The notes below the pieces were generated by a model that ran no database searches, had not been told where the DNA came from, and saw only the letters and a program-made list of their open reading frames with translations. DNA of 64,000 bases from Chrysomallon squamiferum (lineage: Eukaryota; Animalia; Mollusca), in the NCBI GenBank assembly GCA_012295275.1, contig CM022672.1:16802001-16866000 (forward strand), written 5' to 3'. A program made the position numbers and the translations under genes. Below are positions 41,901 to 54,659 of this stretch, one piece after another (positions within the stretch are counted from its first letter, which is position 1; each line of letters starts with the position of its first letter).

Positions 41901-43868
41901 TGACCAGCAATAAAGGATCTTTGAGGAATATCATACAGTTTTCTGTCACAAGCAATAAAAAAAATATAAGGTTTGGAAATTTCATTTCATAAAATATTAT
42001 ATTTTGATTTCCATGGTAATAAAGATGTTACATTGGAAACGAATGACACAAATAGAACAATATAGCAAACTTATGTGCATATTATCATTTTGCATTTGAA
42101 CAAAAAAAATAAAAAAATAAAAAAATAAAATAAAATCCTTTGTAGACTGAAGATGCAGCAACAGAACTGCGATTTATGCATATTTTCTAAATTTATTTGC
42201 TTTTAGCTCACCATGCATTTTCATTAACATTTTCTTTTATTGTTGTATTTTATTATTTGCAAAAACGAGTAACTGACAAAAAAGTTATTTGAAACTAAGC
42301 AAAACATACATTTGTGTAGCAGAAAATGTTATCCATCCATATTTAAGTTACTGCCACACATCCTAAGATGAGAAAACATGTTTTATCAACAGTTATTTAA
42401 TTTAAATGTATTCTTCTTGAATGATATTTAATTTTTTTAATTTTTTTTTTTTTTAATTGCTTTCTGGGGCTGATGGTAAATATCGGAATGTTTTGGTCAG
42501 AATTTTTAGGATTGTAAAAATAACAAATTGGCAAAGTATTTGTTTATTAATCATTTTATTTTTTATTATTTTATTTTATTTTTACTTCATATAAAAATTA
42601 CTTTAAAAACAAAAGAGACTTTTAATGTAAAAAAATAAAAATTCTGTGAACATAGAAAAAACATTATTGCTCCACATTCTTGTTGAATCAAAACTTTGAA
42701 TTGTTTTATTTTTAAAGAGGTCTAGAGTTTCACGATGGAGCGTCAGCTTCTGATCCACTTTTAACTGTAAAGCTAACAAAAGGACATTCAAAGAAAATTC
42801 TAAGTCGCAACAACACACTGTTTGTCAAGTACACACCACAGCCTTCCACCAAAGTGAATTTCCAGGTCACCTATTCAACTTACAGTAAGTTTTTTTATTA
42901 TTTCAATTTAAATTAATTTCTAAAACAGAATTCAAGCTTAGTCATAGTTATTCACTTATTTAATTTACTTAATGCCACTCTTTATCAGATTTTAGTTTAG
43001 ACTATTAAGACAAACATTTGCTATTTTGTATATTTTTCAGGCTGTAACAAAACAACCCAGTGTGACAGTGGCATGTGCATTCACCCAGACTGGCGTTGTG
43101 ATGGACATGTGCAGTGTAAAGATGGGAAAGATGAACTCAACTGTAATGGAACATCAACTGTCACAACAAAAGGAGGTACAGTTGTATTTCTGATGCAACT
43201 TCTTATTATTTCATACTGAGGAATTATTAAGAGCCAGTTTCTTTAACTGATATGCATAACTTATTCGTCGTACAGTTTTTAATAGTATTCTAGATATGAT
43301 CATAATTGGAACTATACAAATCGATATACATTTGTTGTTTTAAAAAGTTTTGTTATGTCCATAGCTTTTCTAAAATGATATTTTCATAGACATAAATAAG
43401 GATATGCATATTGCTGCAGTTTCTGGTAGCAACAACAATTTCATGGTTATCCTTCATGAAATGGAATTATAAAAATTATTAAAGTTAATTTCTTCAACTG
43501 ATATACTTCATATAAAATCATTATTTGGCATCCAAGGCTTCTCTGGTTTCAAAAATCAAATATTTAACTTTCATCTGATTTGCTTTATTTTAATATTTTA
43601 ATCTTCTTTTAACATGTCCAGGTATCGTATTTGAATTAAATCTGTTTAAACAGGTATTCAAAAACTTTGGTGAAAAATGTGAAATATAATATTTAAGGTT
43701 GTGGTCTTTTTATCTCTTTCAGTGAAAGTTTTCTGGATCCCACTCTGTCTGATTTTTGGTGTCATTATTGGACTAACTATTGTGTTTGTTGTATTTCAAG
43801 TACGCCGACGTTTAAAGCATCATAATTACAGGCTGTTCAGTAACACAGACGACGTTGTCAACTCTTAA
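15610..43868 (+). CDS. Type-I transmembrane protein with ~7 CUB-like domains and one LDL-receptor class A repeat (~899 aa; 907 with microexon)
   Basis: In-frame GT-AG exons: 15610-15649, 16197-16229, 17160-17378, 17961-18065, 18528-18722, 29039-29161, 29531-29773, 30406-30504, 31104-31207, 35136-35245, (36014-36037), 38142-38254, 38732-38836, 39230-39395, 39834-39916, 40931-41284, 41811-41970, 42718-42884, 43041-43175, 43723-43868 (2700 nt without the microexon). Signal peptide [22 protein letters not shown]. Canonical [33 protein letters not shown]...GFSAKY. LDLa [59 protein letters not shown]. Tail [21 protein letters not shown]. Confidence 0.85.
22691..25339 (-). CDS. TRPV-family (TRPV5/6-like) cation channel, 882 aa, uninterrupted CDS, nested antisense in an intron of the CUB/LDLa gene
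   Basis: 2649-bp ORF. Ankyrin repeats ([45 protein letters not shown]). Six hydrophobic segments. S4-S5 linker [16 protein letters not shown], pore [14 protein letters not shown]6 [18 protein letters not shown]-box-like WQMQR. Confidence 0.93.
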   Translation of the reverse strand: MYSGVITKDFMKKLAENIILCRNDETNEQLEELERRSGGKEMLDKYREEDETLLHLATKYHDDGIIVEKLVSLCPSLLTMTRTGVYEGQTALHIAITKQNYDAVEVMVRNPEKRHLLSIPATGSRFIYTIMMGELPLSVAAMTFNNDIVEELINYGAKMALQNSYGDTVFHSLVKYSSLHPDQQEMVIDIMGTINSKLAKRSCEKIEALENFVYEETDPVAVWFYPNYEKLTPLQLAGKLGQTEIFNYILNLEDVYCRLDRHDGLFDIKLYDVTEIDSVAMQYWHKNNHEKKTTSKPFQQNVNSDLHNKEINKNRTRFNLLNEVKEIQGVLERISKLQVEQAFAFLHFLVIKNIIKDKWSRYKWYYYSWAIFHVIYMIGITWYAITRTKLRTYLTSMGNQSPSQMSQIEKICVCAVSYLNFIIPLLYLLIEVKNLCERQYWNLTKIHHNGTYRLLLVLFSLATLADAAWYLIQPGYNYFLILSVLIGWWFVTFFLRAFKKFSFFTVMMQKVLFSDLIRFSIIILLELLSFTAMIYMLFVPTNIQCNNSDNCNSSENFQSFQMALLTLFNLMLGLSDISVLNEASEPWLAVGLFVVFALLTYILMINALIAMMSQTCAIISSNKHTQWQMQRLSVILFIENSVFSFMKKCSGKPKFVKHFDIKQKTMIQEERYFLELDSLQTSYSKGSAILSRKNLVQTGRFDDVHAYETQLPSGNQMHKKRTPQKHIDKMNPTVKNYEPTVDENIPETSLDISENVQMPKQYAKVFVNSTTQTDNVDILSGNSAAIERDNQISYTQLETRGFSKEKRRKPSHRKRQSRVSPISDVPTSCSDRTDAVFSEPVSSTQAEGKAIICDYSENQPKISEKTFGKYDISVIYVSNTEG
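29774..29901 (+). repeat. Three tandem copies of a 43-bp unit starting exactly at a splice donor
   Basis: gttaaaaaaagaaaaatgcacgctcattcacaaatattcacaa at 29774-29816 and 29817-29859, near-identical at 29860-29901. Confidence 0.95.
30972..31041. repeat. (TA)n microsatellite
   Basis: Uninterrupted run of TA dinucleotides, about 70 bp. Confidence 0.95.
32175..33671 (-). CDS. Uncharacterised small helical protein (~134 aa), two coding exons, nested antisense in an intron of the CUB/LDLa gene
   Basis: Exon 33671-33590 (ATG GAT ATA...CAG CTT G|GTGAGT) joins in phase 1 to exon 32497-32175 (TTTTATCTTCAG|AT CAA TAC...). This fuses two separate ORF-track entries into [134 protein letters not shown]. 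Confidence 0.7.
33215..33383. repeat. Compound (GT)n/(CT)n/(TA)n/(TATC)n microsatellite
   Basis: Directly visible, inside the intron of the nested small gene. Confidence 0.9.
36014..36037 (+). CDS. Candidate 24-nt symmetric (phase 2-2) microexon of the CUB/LDLa gene
   Basis: ggttctttttag|GATTCCTAATAAAACAGAGTTAAG|gtaatg. It inserts IPNKTELR in frame with no stop between the flanking phase-2 exons. Confidence 0.55.
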
Positions 43869-44455
43869 ATTATCAATATTTATCCGTTTTCACAGCAGTC
43901 AAATTGATTATATTTCTGTATTAAAAATTAAATCTGTAATCCGTACAAAATTTTTGGAAATGCTTATGAAAAAAATTAAATTTGAAAATCATCAAAGAGA
44001 ATAATTTTTAGAAATCTGTTTGAAGGCCATGTCAGACTATCATAAATGGATAAATAAAAGATGATCAAACTGAATTAATACATCAATATTTGGAATGTTT
44101 ATTTGGTTGACACTGAAAGCTTTCCATGTCTATACTGACAATATTTTCACTCCAGATTATTCAAGTAGTTTTACTTATTTGATCAAAATATAAAGAACAT
44201 TGCAAAAATTTTGTTGTTTTTAAATATTGATCTAATACATTTGAAGATACCAGAATACTGCCTTACTTAAACCATCATTTTATTACAAAGAAATCTTTCA
44301 TAATTTTTATAATATAAGTGACAAAATGTATTCAGAATTTAGCTTTTGTTTGCTTTATTTATTTATTTTTCCAAAAAAGATTAACAAAAATGAATTGCTA
44401 GTTGTTACCCATTAATTTTGGGACAATGCAGTAAAAAAGAGCTTACAAATCTGCT

Positions 44456-44487
<32 letters not shown>

Positions 44488-44964
44488 CTTAATATTGCAA
44501 CTAATTTTTTGTAATCAACATTTACATTTTTTTTAACTTTAAAAAACAAAATTGACTACATGATGATTTATATAGACATAATCAGCTGAAGTCAGTTTAG
44601 TAGGTGATTTTGCTCTGTTTGCATTAGTGTGAGTCGCTTTTCAAAATTTTTTATTATGAATAATATATTTATAATTACGTATCTTTTAACTTTGCTTTAA
44701 ATAATTACTAATAAATATTAACATTTCAGCAAAAGATGTGTATAAAAAAGAATAACAAATATTCACACACACATATGCATTTCTTATATTTGAATGTAAC
44801 TTACTTTTCAAAAGGTAACTGCTAAAGAATATAACAGTATATAATATACCAAGAAATGAATTTTAGCATGATCAGATGAGCATTTGAACTTTATTAATGG
44901 GACGTGTTCTATGTAAATACCAGTTTTATTACCATTGTTACTGCTGTTTGATGCATGACGGTAC

Positions 44965-45001
<37 letters not shown>

Positions 45002-48000
45002 ATTCAATATAACTCTTCATACTTCAAATGATAATGTTATTCATTTGCATAACTTTTGTTACATATTTGTTAAACAGATTCAAACAGGATTTTGTAATGA
45101 TACAATTTAGTCAAATGTATATATTTTAATGAACATAGTTATACTATAAATGAAATTATGAATTAGTATTATATCTTGGAGTTTTAATTATTTTTCACAG
45201 TTAATTAATTTAATAGTTGGACGGTCTTTTTTTGTCTTTTTTCTTTATGTACTTATTATTTGTATGTTATTTTATTTATTTATTTTTGTTTCTTTTTATA
45301 CTCTGTAAATATTTGAATACAGATTTTGTTCTATTTTAATATAAATATACGATACTCAAATTAAGTGTAGATTTTCTTTTGTTTTTATGCACATCTTTAG
45401 CTAAACATATATATATATATAAAATGAAATGTTAATGTTTTAGTAATTATCTAAAGCAAAGTTTAAAGATACATAATTATAAATATATTATACACAATAA
45501 AATATACATTTTCTTGAGCCCAAATATATACATATATTTCTTTTCCCACTTAATTTAATATTCTCTTAGTTATAATAATTATTTCTATTTTTAAAAATAT
45601 TTGACAGCGTATATTTTATGAGAATTAAATTTTGTAAAATTTTATTTATTTATATCATTTTGATTTATTTTTAATATTATACTTATTATAAATTGTTTTC
45701 TTTTTACTTGTAACCAGCTTGTGCTACTTCATACAAAAAATATGTATATAGCTGAGTACTAAATCTTAAAAAAAAAAATAGTCAGTAACAATGTATATTG
45801 TAGTAGCTGAATGATCACTAACAGAATAAAGTTTCTTCTATATGCTGACTTTGACTGTGTTATTCTTTCTTTTTTTTTTACTCAACAAATACAGATCATG
45901 GTTTATAATTTTGACTGTTTTTAATAACCAGAAATTTATTTAAGATGACTAACTTTATTACAGTCAGTTTCAAAAGAGAAAAAAAACCTCTGAAGGTGTC
46001 TACCTATTTCCATTAATGGTGACAAAATTAAAAAATCTGGCTGAAATTAGTCTTTCACAAAACAATTATAAATGCAGTTTTTAATTTTCAGTTTAATATG
46101 AGTTATAAACCACTTGGGCATTCCTTTTGTTTTCTAGAATTTACATATTTTAACTATGTTTTTCTAGTAAAACAGTAAATACCATATATGCAACTTTTTT
46201 CACAGGTTTTGTTTGCAACTGAACTTTTATTTTATCTTTATTTTCTACAGTGTCCTCCAGTAATAAAGTAAAAGTGGCTAGTCTTTAATGTATAACATAT
46301 ACTAGGTTATTTCTAAACATGCTGTCCATATCCATTAAATCAACACCAGTGTAAACAAAGCTAATGAAAATTAAATACAGTATAATCAGCAAATCTGTAA
46401 CACATTTTATTAAAAAAAATTTCATAAACAGTATAAAAAAATATATACATTTTGCAGATGGTTCCTAAAATCAGAAGTACATTAATTTCCTTGTGTAAAA
46501 AATGGATGGAAGGAAAAGACAGAATATTAAAACATTAACAAGAAAAAATATGTCTAATGAATTTACATGAACCTGAAATCAAATGATATGATGCATTTTC
46601 ATGTAATAATTCAATACAATTTATTTTAATTTAAAAAATTCTTTCTCTTGTGGCTCTAGTCAAATGTATCCTTTAAAGTAAAGAATTCTACTTGAAACAC
46701 AATAAAAAGCACCAGTTTGAAGAATAAACTTTTATTAAGGAAATCAATAAATACATTTTTTTTTCCTTTCTACCAAAAATGTTTCACTGAAAAGTAACAT
46801 CAAGTGAAAATTTGAGAACATTCCTTCATGTATTATTTATAATGTTACATATAAAAAGATTTTATTGTACAGTTCCATAATCAGCTATTCAATATGGCTG
46901 ATTCTAATGGTCTGCTATTAATTATATTACACACTAAATAACCATTTAATTTACTTAACTACATTGCTAAACGCCTCTGAGACTGGCCTTTAATAAGATA
47001 TGCATGTTTTAAAATGATGTACTGCTATCATCTACAAGAATTTTAAATACCTATAGATATGTTTGGAATATGCTCACTTTTACTACATTTCTGATAATTT
47101 AGTAATTTTGGTATGAATAGCCTTTGGTAATGTTAGTTTTATTGAATTTTATTTATTTATTATTTTTTTAATTTAATCTAATTTTATTTTCTTAAGACAT
47201 GGTATACTTAAAATGTTCTGCTTATGATTATGTAATTTAAAATTTTATTTTTAGATGCTTAACTATTCAAGAAGTTTTAATATTACTTCTACATAATTCC
47301 TACTCATTAACAAAAAAAAAAATTATTCTAATTGGTATACCAACTCTTTCAGACCATATTTAAAAACAAAAACAGAAGGAAAGAAGCAAAACAACAGGAA
47401 CAATTAACAATTAAATAACTTTTCAAATACCAACAATGAGTGTAAATTCAACACACTAATGATATTGACAGCTTAACACTGATGTAGCCAGGATTTGGCG
47501 TAACAAAGAAAATTCAGCCAACTAAGCAAAGAACCATACAAATTTCTAACAGTTAATAAATATGTATCTGTGCATAAGCTTTGATACTGAACTATGTCAC
47601 ATAAAATCAAATATATATATACTTTTTAATTTTTTTTTTTTTTTTTTTAATTGCTTTCTTCGTTAGTTCATCACATTAGTCTGCAACTAATATGAGTATA
47701 CAAGCAAATCTCATCAAAATGCTGACACTTGTGCTCAGATGATGTTGGCATTATAATGAACTGGCTGGTATAATGAGTTTTCTGAGATTGTGAATGACTT
47801 AAATGAATCAAACTATCAGTTGTCTTAGAGAAAAGAAAAGTATTATCAGTTACATGCATCCTTTATATTTATTGGTAAGCATTAACAAACAAATGTAAAA
47901 AATAAAAATGCTTGTCTTTGATCCAGTTACATCAAATTCATTCTTGTCATTCACCATTATCTCAATCAATTGCATGATAAATGATTTTTTTTAATTTTTT

Positions 48001-49060
48001 TTTTTTTATAATCAAATACTGGGGAAGCTGTACAAGATCACATATTGTTTTGCAATATAAAACATGAACAAAAGGGTAACGGTATTTACTTAAAGATTTA
48101 TCTAATTTTTTATTCTTAAGGTTACTGAACTACTTGTGCTTTGTGTCATTACACACCTTCAGCAAACTGGCATTTGGCAGTGTATAAATTTCAGTATGTG
48201 CTAAGCTAATTGTCGCAATCTGATAAAATCAAAGGTACAAATTTATTAGCTCACTTGCCAAGTTTATTTCCTCTGAAAACTATTAGAAAATAACTATGTA
48301 AAAAAATGTAATTTTTATTCATGAAATTGAGTGCAAAATGAAATTGGGTTTGCTCAATGATTTATGCAGCCATAATTGGCTGATGTCAGTTTTGTAGGTA
48401 ATTTTACTATTATATGTTTGCATTAGTGTGTTTCACCTGAAGCACTGGCAGATGGCAGAGTGAGGGTGCTGTAAAATGAGGTAAATTTATTACAGATACA
48501 CGACTGATTTGCCAAAATTGGCTTTCAAATTCATTTAATTTACATGTAATATTTTTTAATTTAATAATCTGATTTTATTGAATAAACCAGTATTAATAAA
48601 ATAGTGTAATTTATGCTAATTTATTTTCATTTAATAATTTAATTTACATTTATCATTTATTTAAGTTTCCAGTAGTGTACGGTATTTAAAGACAATTTCT
48701 TTGGAACCAAGGATTCCAGAAAATTTGTGGTGTATCTGTGTATTTAAATATTAAAAATAACAAGCATTTTAGGGTGGTACCAACGGGCAATATAAAGAAG
48801 ATTATTTTTTCTCAAAATATCTGCTATGACTGAATTATATTGTTAGTCTATATATATTATTGTTGCTCTAACCAATTTATCTATGATATCTTTTAATTGG
48901 TGTGTTTAAGGACATTTATTTAATACACTGTCAATCAAGCTCATCTGCACAATTATATTATAAAAAGTTGTTTAACATTCAGATATTTCCTGCATTCATT
49001 AACCAAATTCATGTATCTTTATAATTGTTCTTGATGATGGTATACTATATCATGTAGGTG

Positions 49061-49298
49061 TTTCTCAGAAAAGATCTGAAATATTTTAATCCAGGTAAAA
49101 ACATAAATACTAATGACCAAAGGTTCAAGAAGAGAACCAGTTAGAAATGCCCAGTTATAAGTGTATCTTGATAACTGTCTAAATGATGTTACACTATATT
49201 GTGTCAGCATTTCTCAGAAAAGATCTGGAATATTTTAATTCAGGTTAAAAAAGACAAATACTAATGACCAAATGCTGAAGAAGATAACCAATTAGAAA
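49061..49298. repeat. Imperfect ~87-bp direct repeat (2 copies) downstream of the tetraspanin stop codon
   Basis: tttctcagaaaagatctg.aatattttaat.cagg...aaatactaatgaccaaa...aagaaga.aacca.ttagaaa at 49061-49147 and 49210-49298. Confidence 0.85.
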
Positions 49299-49489
49299 CA
49301 ACCTGTAATACATTGTCTAAGATTTGTGGAAGCTATATATATTCTTCAACATATAATAATAAAATAAAAAATGTATTATTCTCAAGTTTTTGTAAAGGTT
49401 GGTATCTATGAGAAATGGAAACTATATGTATTGTGTGAGTGGTGAATAAACTTTAAAAATTATTTGGCTACATCAATTTTTTATCTCTG

Positions 49490-52400
49490 TTATGTCTCAG
49501 TTACATTTACGTACGCCCCAACTTCCTCCGATTCCTTTTGCCGTAGTAGTTTTCTGTATTGAATCATGACATAGATAATTATTCCAAGAGCAAATATCTG
49601 AAGAAAAAACCACAAAATATAATCATTTTCAGCCAGATGTTTTGTTCTTGACTACAATTTTTAGACTATGAAGAGCTAAAATAATTGGTAGCATAAGCAC
49701 CAGATGATCTAGTTGGTCAAAGGTAATGACTCTTGAATAGTGGCAGATGGATATTTCAAGTAATAACATGCATTTGTTTCAAACAGGTTTTTGTTATTGA
49801 AATTATATTCACAGTGGTTCACATAATCAAATGACTGTGACTGGTAAACTATTTATTACATCAGTGATCACTCCTTGTGAAAGAATATTAAAAATATTTA
49901 ACAATAAACAAAGGCAGTTGTAGATTTTACTAACTAACAATAAGATTTAACATTAAAATTGCTTAATTATGTTACTGGAGCAAGAATAAAGTCATAACAG
50001 ACTTTGCACTAGAATGAAATCAACATCTGAATCTTAGGCTGTGTAGCATTAATAAGAAGGGAAGATAATTCTATTATTCATAAAATTTAAAAGATAATTA
50101 ATGTGATGACTGAACTATGAACATTGTAATTATAAGGATTATTATACAGAAAAAATGTAGAAATGTAAAATTACTAACCTCTATAAGGCACAGAACTGTA
50201 CCAATTGCAACAATAACTGTAAACATTCCTTTTAATTCATCACTTACTTTTGTATAGCAACCCTAAAACAGAAAAAAACTGATTTTCTTTTACAAAATTT
50301 ATAAATTTAAAATGCACAAGAAAACAAATTCTCCTCAGTATCCTTGATTTGTTAACAAAAGTGTTATTATTTGAATACACTCAACTGTCTTTATGCAACA
50401 ACAGTTGTCCAAAAACGACACAATGTAGTGGTCTATTAGAGGTGAAATTAGTCTTAAAACAGCCAAATAACTAATTTATTATAATGATAATTTTAATCAT
50501 TGCTTGATCAATGATCAATGCAAATCATTTTTTTTCTTATTATCATTTTTTTTTTTTTTTTTTTTTCACTCTCTCTTTTGTGATTGGATTATCTCGGATT
50601 TGGAAGATTATTACCTTTATTTGCCATTATTAGAGTTGTACATCTAATTAACAAATTATGAATTCTTAGCTTCGAATCATTTATTTATTAATTTATTTAT
50701 TGTAATTTATTTTATTTCAGTTTATTTTATTTATTTTTTTTGTTTGATTCCTAGCTAAAACTAATAATGATGAACTCTATAGTAACTAAGCAATCCTGCA
50801 CATGTTAACCAGTTTGTACTACACATATAGAATAATTAATATCATTTTTAAGGGAATAATGCTTTTTTTTTTGCTTTTTGTAAAAGTATTTTCCTCTACA
50901 AAATTTAAATAAAGACTACATCTATATGGAGAATGGAGAATGCACAACACACTGAAGATTGCTTAGATACCCAATAGTCCTGAACATATAGTATCTGTCA
51001 TTATAATGAAACGGTGAACAAACCTCTTTATGCCTCTCTTCACCAGTTATTGGGCACTTGGGCTGGACAATTTGTTTCATCAAAATGTCGGGTTTTGTTA
51101 ATGATTCAAACTCAGTACCAGGCTTAAACTTGCAGCATGTGTATGGTATAACTGCTACATGTGCTTGATTTTCCCAAGTTTTATCCCATTTTGTAGTAAA
51201 CATGTATATGTTTGGTCCTTCAGCACCACAGCACTTCAGCTATAAACAGAAGTATGAATTGTTTTAATTTATTCATTTCAAAAAGCAATGTATTTAAAAT
51301 AAATTTGAAAATGAAGACGTGAGAATTTTTTTTCTTTGTATTGCTGAATTGTTAGAATGTATTGTTTTATGCACTATTAACCTACTTCAAACTGAAGTCT
51401 GTCCCATGATCTTGACACTTCATCATCTGTTCTGAATGGTCCCACATACTTCAGAGCAAGAGATGAATTCATGAACCTTTTTCCATATTGTGTGAACTAA
51501 AATTGGAAACAAAATCATATAATGCTGGTGAAAAGTTTACTTTCAAAATATCTATCATGAATTATCAATTTTCAGAAAACACCTGCTGAATAAGTACATG
51601 ATTCACATTAAGAAAATATATAAATACTAAATATAATAAACCTAATAATGAATTATATATAACAAACTCTATAATCTATTAAACTGTATGTAAGTATTAA
51701 ATGTCGAATTATGTGAGATGAGATCAAATACTATATAATGTATATAATAAATTGTCTATAACAAATTGCATAATAAATAATCGACTTACAGTATCCTTGA
51801 ACTTCATAGCAGCTACAATGGATAGCACCTGCATTCCAAATACTACAAGCACTAAAACAATATACTGGAACAAAGCATGGGGATAAAAAATACAAAAAAA
51901 GACAACTGTAATAATAATAAAATAAATATTATTGCCGAAATATGATAAAAAAAACAACTGAAGATTTGTTTTTCTTTCTTTTGCCCTTAAACAAAAAGCA
52001 TTTCAAATCTAAGTAGCCCAAAAGTTTAAGAGTTCTATGCAGTGTTAGTTTTATGATGGAGAAAGAATTTATAAAAAATATTTTAGGTTAAAAAAAAAAA
52101 CAGAAAAAAAAGTTTGCTAGTTTGATGAATCAAAAAGAAAACATTCTGTGCCATTATATATATTTATATGTGTGTGTTATGTATGTATGTATATATAGGG
52201 AAATTCTGTGTCAAATCACCCAAAAAAGCCATTTAAACCCGACCATCTCAGATTTTTACGAAACTTGGTATATTTGCTGATTGGGATCCCACAGCACCAA
52301 ATCTGAAATCATAGGCCAATCAGTAGATACAGGTCCTCAGATTTTGAGATTTTTGGACAAGATGGGTGTAGCCACCAACCTTTAAACCCTCGTATCTCAA

Positions 52401-54603
52401 GAACTACTGGCCCAATCTTCATAAAACTGCTATTGTTGAAAACCGAATGTGACATTATTGTGCAATTTGAAGAATGGTGGGGTACACTGACCTTCAGATT
52501 AAATTTCATGACAGGTCATCTCAATGTCACGTGATCCACAAGGTCAAGGTCATAACAAAGGTCAAAAGGTCAGTGAACCCCAACATTTTTTTCCCTAATT
52601 GAACAATAATGGCAGTTTTGGAATCCTTGTCATATTGCTTTTTCAACAATACTAAGTTTATGAAGACTGGTCCAGTAGTTCCTGAGATATGAGGATTCAA
52701 AGGTTGGTGGTCGCGCCGATTTTTGCCTAAAATCTCAAAATTTTAGGGGCCATATCTCCCAAACCACTTGTTTGATTGGCCTAAAATTTCAGATTTGGTG
52801 CTGTGGGATCTGAGACGGTCGGGTTTAATCCATTGGGTGATCTGACACGGAATGACCCTATACAGAAATAAATATTTCCTTAACTGAATGATTTTTATAC
52901 ACAATTTATTTCTGAGTTTAATACTGATCATCAAATAAATGACAGAATGTGCTTACTCATTGTTCCTGTTGGGGATTTAGTGTCTAATTACTATAGATCC
53001 GAAGTAGGTACTTCGTTTACACAGAACATAATGAAATGTTTTAAGATTTAATACAGCAGACACTCGATAAAACGAAAAATAGGATCGAAGATTTTTCCGT
53101 TGATGCCGGAAATGCTAAATCGCAATGTTTCAAAATTTAAAAATTTTATCACTCTTAGGATGGGATTATATAACCCCTATATAAAAACGCCACCTACAAT
53201 ATATAAATCACACCAACGAAATTATTACATTCTGAAAATCTATCAACACGAAACAATGCAGACTCGATATGAATAGCACTGCCGACACGAACACGAAATA
53301 CAGTATAGCTCCATTAGTGGTTTTTTTTATGTTGTTTATTTTAAATTATTATTATTTTATTTATTTTTTTCAGTGTATTTTGCTCGCGAAATTGGTGGCC
53401 TTGACTTTGTAAATCTATGTGATAATTCACAGGATGGGGCTCGAACAAAATGGCACAAGAAATAACGTTCAATGGAAAAAAAAAATATATATATATATAT
53501 ATTAGTAATAAAAAATAAATAAATAAATAATAATAATAATAATAATAAATTCGGGAAAAGAGACAATTTTTTAACGTTTCACAGCTTAATGATTATGGGT
53601 GGACTTTTTCATTTACTTGAGTATTGTGTAACTTTAGCATTATTAGATAGTATTTAATTAAATAAATTAACAACTGTAGTTACTAAACGATCTCCCAAAG
53701 AGGTTATGTGCATAATAACTATGGATTTTAAAATGGGAGAAGGGGGCCTGAGGTCCTTTATTTTAAAATAATATCATACTTATAAAATTAGTTTTATTAT
53801 TAAAAAGAATTGACCATCGTATCTGTTAAAATATATAATATTCTAAATTGCAATATAATTTAAAGACATGAAGGTATAACAACACTTCCAGTCTTACTTG
53901 ATTGCCAATAATTTAAATAACTATTGCCTTGATTACAAAATGAAAATTGAAAAGTTATTCTTACAGTAATTAAAACTGAGAAACATATAATCGGATGACT
54001 TCTTCAGAAATGATCAATTCCCGACCCCACCCCACCCGAAGAAATGGTTTATCATTCATTTTAGTTTACTTTTTTATTTGTCAACGTAATTTAATTTTGA
54101 TGTTGACAGTACCCGCCTCCCCAGATTTAAATTGGCCCTGGACTACAAGGTCTAAATTAACATTCGACTTATCTACTCTTTTTAGTCACACCTTGCGAGT
54201 TTTATCGAGAATCACTGAATTACGGATGACATCCATTGTTCTGTGAGAATTCAAGTACTTATTTTGGATATAAAAAAATTAACTCGATAAATAAAATATC
54301 CGTTATTGTAATGTACACTCAATCAGTTTCTCACCAAGCAGTAACAAGCCCCGAGTGGTTTAAAAACTGAAAAAATTCCCGCAATAGCCAGAATAACTGC
54401 AATAATTCCACAGGCAATGAAAACAACAATTGCGCTCTCTAAATGGGAAGGTTCGTCAAGCGCCTTTAAATCCGAAATATCTTTCGAGAAACGGGACAAA
54501 TGTTTATATGAATCACTTTTCTTTTTTAACGTTACTCCAAGACCAAACGAAAGAAATGCAGAGAACTAAAAAAAAAAAAAAAAAAAAGAATAATAATACA
54601 TAT

Positions 54604-54659
<56 letters not shown>

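Noticed and set aside
54335-54365. Alternative frame TTRGLLLL at the end of tetraspanin exon 2, suggesting a frameshift
   Set aside because: The 231-nt exon is already open and phase 0-0 compatible with its neighbours; the shifted frame would break the phase with the next exon.
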